Positions 30,487-35,133 of a stretch of 35,133 bases of DNA are shown here, one piece after another. The notes beneath the pieces are model-generated. The model searched no databases, was not told the DNA's origin, and saw nothing but the letters and a program-made list of their open reading frames with translations. Both the position numbers and the translations under genes were made by a program. The first letter of the stretch is position 1; each line of letters begins with the position of its first letter. The DNA comes from Limisphaerales bacterium (GTDB lineage Bacteria; Patescibacteriota; JACMRA01), in NCBI GenBank assembly GCA_044238065.1, contig JBIIDY010000001.1, forward strand, positions 1 to 35,133. Reading direction: 5' to 3'.

Positions 30487-33132
30487 ATGAACGAGAACAT
30501 TATCAACCTAATTATTCAAGCTAAAAACTTGTCTAGCAACGCCCTAAACCAAGTCAAGGGTCAATTAGCTGATTTATCAAAACATAGTGAAAAAACAGGC
30601 AATATAATGGCTGGAATGGGCGATAATTTCAAAAAAGCTGTTAGTGCGGTGGCGATTGGTGCTGGAATTATGGGTGGAGCGATAGCTGGAATTTCAGTTG
30701 TTGGTTTTAATACTGCGGCATCTTTTCAAACTCAAATGTCGTCAATTAGTGCTTTGACTGGTGCTACAGCAAGGGATATGGACGAGGTGCGGAAAGTTGC
30801 CTTGAAAGCTGGTGAAGAAACGGCTTTTTCTGCCCTTGAAGCGGCACAAGGTTTGGAAGAATTGCTAAAATCTGGATTAAATATAGAACAAGCTAAAACT
30901 GGATTAAAAGGTGCTTTAGATTTGGCGGCTGCTGGTGGTGTGAGTGTTGCTGACGCTGCGGAAATAGCAAGCACGGCTCTAAATGCTTTCAAAAATGATA
31001 GTTTGTCGGTTGCTCAAGCTAGTGATATTTTGGCTGGTGCTGCGAATGCTAGTGCGACTTCCGTTGGCGAATTAAAACTTGGGCTGTCTGCTGTTTCTGC
31101 TGTTGCGGCAGGAGTTGGAATGAGTTTTAAGGATACAAACACCGCTTTAGCTCTTTTTGCCCAAAATGGACTGAAAGGATCAGACGCTGGAACAAGTTTG
31201 AAAACAATGTTTTTGAATTTACAGCCAACTACTAAGGCTCAAATCGGTTTATTTGCAGAGCTGGGACTAACAACAACTAAAACAACAACTATCTTTGAAG
31301 AAAATACAAAAGCCACTGGTAAAAATGCTGAGAAAATACAGGAACTTCGGCAGAAAATTGAAGAATTAACTAGCAAAGGTTTAGAAAAGTCAGGTGTGGC
31401 AGTTAATAAAAACAATGAGGCACTAAACAAATATAGAACCCAAATCGCTGGACTTCAGGATAAAATAGATGTACTCAAGACTAAACAAGGTGAGTGGAAT
31501 GAAAAAACAAAAGAAAGCACTAAATTAACAAATCAAAATCAAATTGAAAAATACACAAGCCAAATAGGTAATTTAAGCTCTAAAATTCAAGAGGTTAGTA
31601 AATCAAGTGTTTCACTAGATGTTTTGCCAAAAGATACTCAAGAGAAAATAAGCAAACTTAAAGAACAAATACAGGGACTTGGCGGAGTTGTTGGTAAAAC
31701 TAAAGATGTAACCGTAGAAACTGGAAACGCTTTTTTCACCGCAGAGGGCAAAGTCAAATCTTTGGCAGAAATTTCAGGAGTTTTAAAAAATGCTTTGAAA
31801 GACCAAACAGACCAGCAAAGATTAGCAAGTTTAGAGGTTCTTTTTGGCTCGGACGCAATTCGTGCTGCGAACATCCTTTACAAAGAGGGTGCTGATGGTG
31901 TGAATAATATGGCTGGGGCAATGTCAAAATTTACCGCTGCTGATGTTGCCAAAGAAAAACTAAACAATTTTAATGGAGTTCTGGACGCTTTCAAAGGCTC
32001 GTTGGAAACTAAACAAATTGAGATTTTTTCAAAAGCACTACCCTTTGCTACTGACGCTATAAAATTGATGGACGAAGCCCTAAAAAAGATTGATGTAGAG
32101 GCTGTTTTTACTGATTTGGGTAATAAATTTAATTATCTAAAAACTCAACTAGAAACGGCTAAAAAATGGGTAGATGATAATAAAACTGCAATTGAAACAT
32201 TAGCGGTAATACTTGGTAGTTTTGCGATAGCTTGGGGAATTGTTAGCGGTGCGATTGCTATTTATAATGGTGCGATTGCTTTGGGAACTACTTTGACAAC
32301 TGCTTACGGGGCTGCGGTTGTTTTTCTTACTGGGCCGTTTGGCTTGGCTGTTTTGGCGATTGGTGCTTTAATTGCGATTGGTTATTTACTTTATAAAAAC
32401 TGGGATTTGATAAAAGCTACGGCGTTTGCGGTTAGTAGTGCGGTTGCTGGTTGGTTTGCTCAAAAGTGGAAAGAAATTGGTAATTGGTTTAATTGGTTGG
32501 GAAATTTGGCAATCCAAAAATGGAATGAAATGATAGCTGGTGTAAACGCTTTGACAAGCGGTATTACAAACTTTTTTGGAAATATGATAAATGGTATAGT
32601 CAACGGATTTAATAATTTAGATATGTGGCAAATTGGCTCAAATATAATGACTGGACTTGGTAATGGACTTTGGGCAATGGTTGACCGAGCAATGGGGCCT
32701 ATAAACTGGCTAATGAAACAAGTAGACGCAGTTCTTGGCAAACAATCTCAAGCTCAAAATAATGCTAATTCTCAAAGCACTTACGATTTTGGAACTGCTA
32801 GGAGTGGAAAAGGCAACGCTTGGGCAAAAGGTGGAGCTTTTCAAAATGGAAATGTCGTAGCTTTTGCTGATGGCGGAGTAGTCAATAGACCGACTAATTT
32901 TGCGATGAGTGGAGGCAGACTTGGTTTGATGGGCGAAGCTGGAGCGGAGGCGATAATGCCTTTGTCAAGGGGAAAGGATGGCAAACTTGGCGTCAAAGCA
33001 GAGGGCGGAGGCTCTACTGTAATTATCAATAACCCAGTCTTTTTGAGTGGTGATGAAAATGTAGCAAGGCAATTTGTCAAGTCTATTGAAGACCAACTTT
33101 TTAAATCTTTTCAAAAATTTAGTAAAATCTAG
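30487..33132 (+). CDS. Tape measure protein
   Basis: 881 aa, A/G/K-rich helical, with central hydrophobic helices and the C-terminal motif GLMGEAGAEAIMPL. Confidence 0.9.
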   Translation: MNENIINLIIQAKNLSSNALNQVKGQLADLSKHSEKTGNIMAGMGDNFKKAVSAVAIGAGIMGGAIAGISVVGFNTAASFQTQMSSISALTGATARDMDEVRKVALKAGEETAFSALEAAQGLEELLKSGLNIEQAKTGLKGALDLAAAGGVSVADAAEIASTALNAFKNDSLSVAQASDILAGAANASATSVGELKLGLSAVSAVAAGVGMSFKDTNTALALFAQNGLKGSDAGTSLKTMFLNLQPTTKAQIGLFAELGLTTTKTTTIFEENTKATGKNAEKIQELRQKIEELTSKGLEKSGVAVNKNNEALNKYRTQIAGLQDKIDVLKTKQGEWNEKTKESTKLTNQNQIEKYTSQIGNLSSKIQEVSKSSVSLDVLPKDTQEKISKLKEQIQGLGGVVGKTKDVTVETGNAFFTAEGKVKSLAEISGVLKNALKDQTDQQRLASLEVLFGSDAIRAANILYKEGADGVNNMAGAMSKFTAADVAKEKLNNFNGVLDAFKGSLETKQIEIFSKALPFATDAIKLMDEALKKIDVEAVFTDLGNKFNYLKTQLETAKKWVDDNKTAIETLAVILGSFAIAWGIVSGAIAIYNGAIALGTTLTTAYGAAVVFLTGPFGLAVLAIGALIAIGYLLYKNWDLIKATAFAVSSAVAGWFAQKWKEIGNWFNWLGNLAIQKWNEMIAGVNALTSGITNFFGNMINGIVNGFNNLDMWQIGSNIMTGLGNGLWAMVDRAMGPINWLMKQVDAVLGKQSQAQNNANSQSTYDFGTARSGKGNAWAKGGAFQNGNVVAFADGGVVNRPTNFAMSGGRLGLMGEAGAEAIMPLSRGKDGKLGVKAEGGGSTVIINNPVFLSGDENVARQFVKSIEDQLFKSFQKFSKI

Positions 33133-33134
33133 TT

Positions 33135-33488
33135 ATGCAAAAAATTTATATTGACAATTACGCTTTTAGACCGCCAAACCGAGTGGATACTGAATTTATG
33201 GACAGGGCTTTTGAGTTCACAAATAATGGAATGGATGGTAAAACTAATTTTCAAAAAATAATCACTGGACAAAAAAGAAAGATAACCTTGACTTTTGATT
33301 TTCTGGACAGATATGAATGGGAATTTTTACAACCTTACCGAGCTAGTGGTTTTGTCAATGTCAAATCTGATTTGGCTGATCATTATTTTAACCAAAATTT
33401 TCTAATTGATTTTGCTAATTACGAAGACAGTTTTGGAGGCGGTAAAAAAAACATTATTTTAACTTTAACCCCCGAAAATATGGAATAA
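33135..33488 (+). CDS. Distal tail (Dit-like) protein, short form
   Basis: Position directly after the tape measure. Confidence 0.45.
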   Translation: MQKIYIDNYAFRPPNRVDTEFMDRAFEFTNNGMDGKTNFQKIITGQKRKITLTFDFLDRYEWEFLQPYRASGFVNVKSDLADHYFNQNFLIDFANYEDSFGGGKKNIILTLTPENME

Positions 33489-33489
33489 T

Positions 33490-34899
33490 ATGGCTGATAT
33501 TACTACTTACCAAAACTTTTTTAATTTGCTTAAAACTAAGCTAGAAATTGACTTTGGCACAGGTTTTGAAGACCAAACTAGGTTTTTACAAAGTGTAAAT
33601 ATCCAGCAAGATTTGAGCGAGATTTCATATGGAATTAGACAAACTACCGCTTATTTTGAGTTGATTTTGCTAGTGGCTGACGTAAAATGGACTAAAAAAG
33701 GCTTGCCTATAAAAATGACAATTTCCATAACTGATGACAAGGGCTTGACTTGGTTTGATTACGTTATTTTTGAGGGTAAAACCAGTCGTAAATCCACGAT
33801 GAGTGATTTGAAGGTAAAAATACAAGCTAAGGATAAATTAAGCGAATTATTAGCTAAAAAACCAGCAACGAGGACATTACTACAAAATACTACAAGTTCA
33901 GTTTTAACTTCTTTGATTACGAATACTTGGGTAGGGCAAGGGGTAGTTTTTAGTGATGTTTTAAATTATCCAATTTCAGTAGTTCAAAGTGATGATACAG
34001 ACTTGGGAACTCAACTTTTGGAATTTGCTAAATTAAATCACTCGGTAATTATCTATGAAAATAATTTGATTAAATTTATAAGCGGTTTTGATGTGGCGAT
34101 GACGAATACTTATACAAATCAAGGTAATTTAGCTTTTGGAAAAATCCACTTTGGAAATTATAGCCAAAATATAGCCTTGTCTAAAAACGAGTATTTTAAT
34201 GTTTTTAAAGCAGTTGGAAATACTTATAAAATCACAAATAACATTTTTACTGGCACTTTTTCAAATATCAAAATCTCGGCTCAAGAAAGGGTCTTTTTGG
34301 ATGAATTAGATTTGAAAGGAGTTTTGCCTTCTTCTGTTTCTGGAAATTCTTGTGTTTTTCGGGTGGCTGATGATGATACAAGTGGAGTTGGAGTTGCCAC
34401 GATTGAAAGCACCAGTATAATTGCTGATGATAAAATTCTAGTTGTGATTAAAAATAATGGAGTTGGCGATGTCTATTTGAGAAATATGGTGATTTCTGGG
34501 GTTGGATTACAACCTTTGGGAAAGATTACCAGAACTTGGGAAAATACAGGACAAATCGCCCTTGATGGGGAAATAATAGAGTTTGAGATTAACAGTAAAA
34601 TTGCTCAAAATAGTGGAAATTTAGAAAATTTGGTAAATATCCAAAAGAATTTTAGCACCGAATACTTTGAATTTCAAAAAGCTAACTGGTCGCCAAATTA
34701 TCAAGCAGGGTGTGTTTTTACAACTTATAACCCAAAAAATGAGTTAGTTTATGGATTGATTACAAATACTAACATTACAATCTCTTTGACGGAGGGTTTT
34801 GTTGCCAGTTGTAAATTTAGAAAATTTGTGCCAAATACTACAAACTGGTTTAATTTAGATTTAGATTTACTTGACAATGTTTCTTCACCTCTAATCTAA
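33490..34899 (+). CDS. Tail hub/Tal-like baseplate protein
   Basis: 469-aa ORF after the Dit-like gene and before the tail fibre. Confidence 0.5.
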   Translation: MADITTYQNFFNLLKTKLEIDFGTGFEDQTRFLQSVNIQQDLSEISYGIRQTTAYFELILLVADVKWTKKGLPIKMTISITDDKGLTWFDYVIFEGKTSRKSTMSDLKVKIQAKDKLSELLAKKPATRTLLQNTTSSVLTSLITNTWVGQGVVFSDVLNYPISVVQSDDTDLGTQLLEFAKLNHSVIIYENNLIKFISGFDVAMTNTYTNQGNLAFGKIHFGNYSQNIALSKNEYFNVFKAVGNTYKITNNIFTGTFSNIKISAQERVFLDELDLKGVLPSSVSGNSCVFRVADDDTSGVGVATIESTSIIADDKILVVIKNNGVGDVYLRNMVISGVGLQPLGKITRTWENTGQIALDGEIIEFEINSKIAQNSGNLENLVNIQKNFSTEYFEFQKANWSPNYQAGCVFTTYNPKNELVYGLITNTNITISLTEGFVASCKFRKFVPNTTNWFNLDLDLLDNVSSPLI

Positions 34900-34903
34900 A
34901 AAT

Positions 34904-35133
34904 ATGTCTTTTACTTTACCAAATCCGCAAAAAAACGACTTCGCAAGTGGTCAAATCTTGTCTTTTTCACATCTTAATAATAACGCAAATAATGTAATCG
35001 CAATGGCTAACTATATTGGAAGTGCTAATATGATGTCTGCTAATTTAATAAGTACTTACGCTTTGCCGTCAACTGCTGGTTATAATAATTTGGCAGGCTG
35101 GACATTAAGCAAATCTGTTGGTGCTAGCGGCGT
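34904..35133 (+). CDS. Tail fibre protein, 5' portion (continues at base 1 through the junction)
   Basis: ATG at 34904 in an aaatATG context. It stays open to the window end, and from 35007 it duplicates bases 1-127. Confidence 0.65.
   Translation, partial: MSFTLPNPQKNDFASGQILSFSHLNNNANNVIAMANYIGSANMMSANLISTYALPSTAGYNNLAGWTLSKSVGASG
35007..35133. repeat. Terminal overlap, right copy (identical to 1-127)
   Basis: Same 127-bp string as the window start. It lies inside a coding region, which fits circular closure better than a physical end. Confidence 0.95.

Larger units (their letters stand above)
1..35006. mobile_element. Complete genome unit of a temperate siphovirus-like tailed phage (circular or circularly permuted map)
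   Basis: Bases 1-127 are identical to 35007-35133. A full packaging, head, tail, lysis, integration and replication gene set is present. One ORF reads in frame across the junction. Confidence 0.85.

Noticed and set aside
30732-32741. Several 60-90-aa minus-strand ORFs inside the tape measure gene, plus similar ones inside the capsid, portal, scaffold, endolysin and terL genes
   Set aside because: These are typical antisense shadow ORFs of long low-complexity genes, with A/S/P/F-rich products. None has an independent start context, and all lie fully inside well-supported genes.

Overview
This window is one complete, self-closing genome of an AT-rich, temperate, siphovirus-like tailed phage. 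Bases 1-127 are identical to 35007-35133, so the unique length is 35,006 bp, and a tail-fibre ORF reads in frame across the junction. Gene order from base 1: tail fibre; two paralogous LamG-like tail proteins; a lysis cassette (Amidase_2 endolysin plus small membrane proteins); an Xis-like HTH protein, a minimal tyrosine integrase and HU. Next comes a leftward early operon (6.4-10.8 kb) with a Rad52/Sak-type annealase, YopX and a membrane-anchored GH73-like hydrolase, followed by a divergent control region. A rightward accessory block follows: TM2 protein, membrane-anchored staphylococcal-type nuclease, DinD/KilAC antirepressor, one lone leftward ORF, a secreted SLT-like enzyme, a DUF559 nuclease-fold protein, a HIT-like protein, and basic and zinc-ribbon proteins. 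Then come a wHTH replication initiator, ThyX, a MazG-like protein and a canonical late block: TerS, TerL, portal, MuF-like, scaffold, capsid, connectors, tail tube, chaperones, tape measure, Dit-like and hub. I found no tRNA, CRISPR array, reverse transcriptase, polymerase, helicase or primase. The most interesting signals are non-coding. (1) An invariant 17-bp box occurs three times, each at the head of a late gene block. (2) A compact minus-strand unit of about 50 nt, with an extended -10 consensus promoter and a canonical terminator, lies just upstream of the replication gene, inside a doubtful ORF-track ORF. (3) Five ACCGA repeats at exact 11-bp spacing lie inside the replication initiator gene. 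(4) An 800-bp non-coding hub upstream of the antirepressor carries consensus promoters, a leader terminator and repeated boxes. (5) Shine-Dalgarno sequences are absent genome-wide, stop-start junctions are stereotyped, and three promoters are placed to give leaderless mRNAs. All functional calls rest on motifs I recognise by eye and on gene order; no database search was run.
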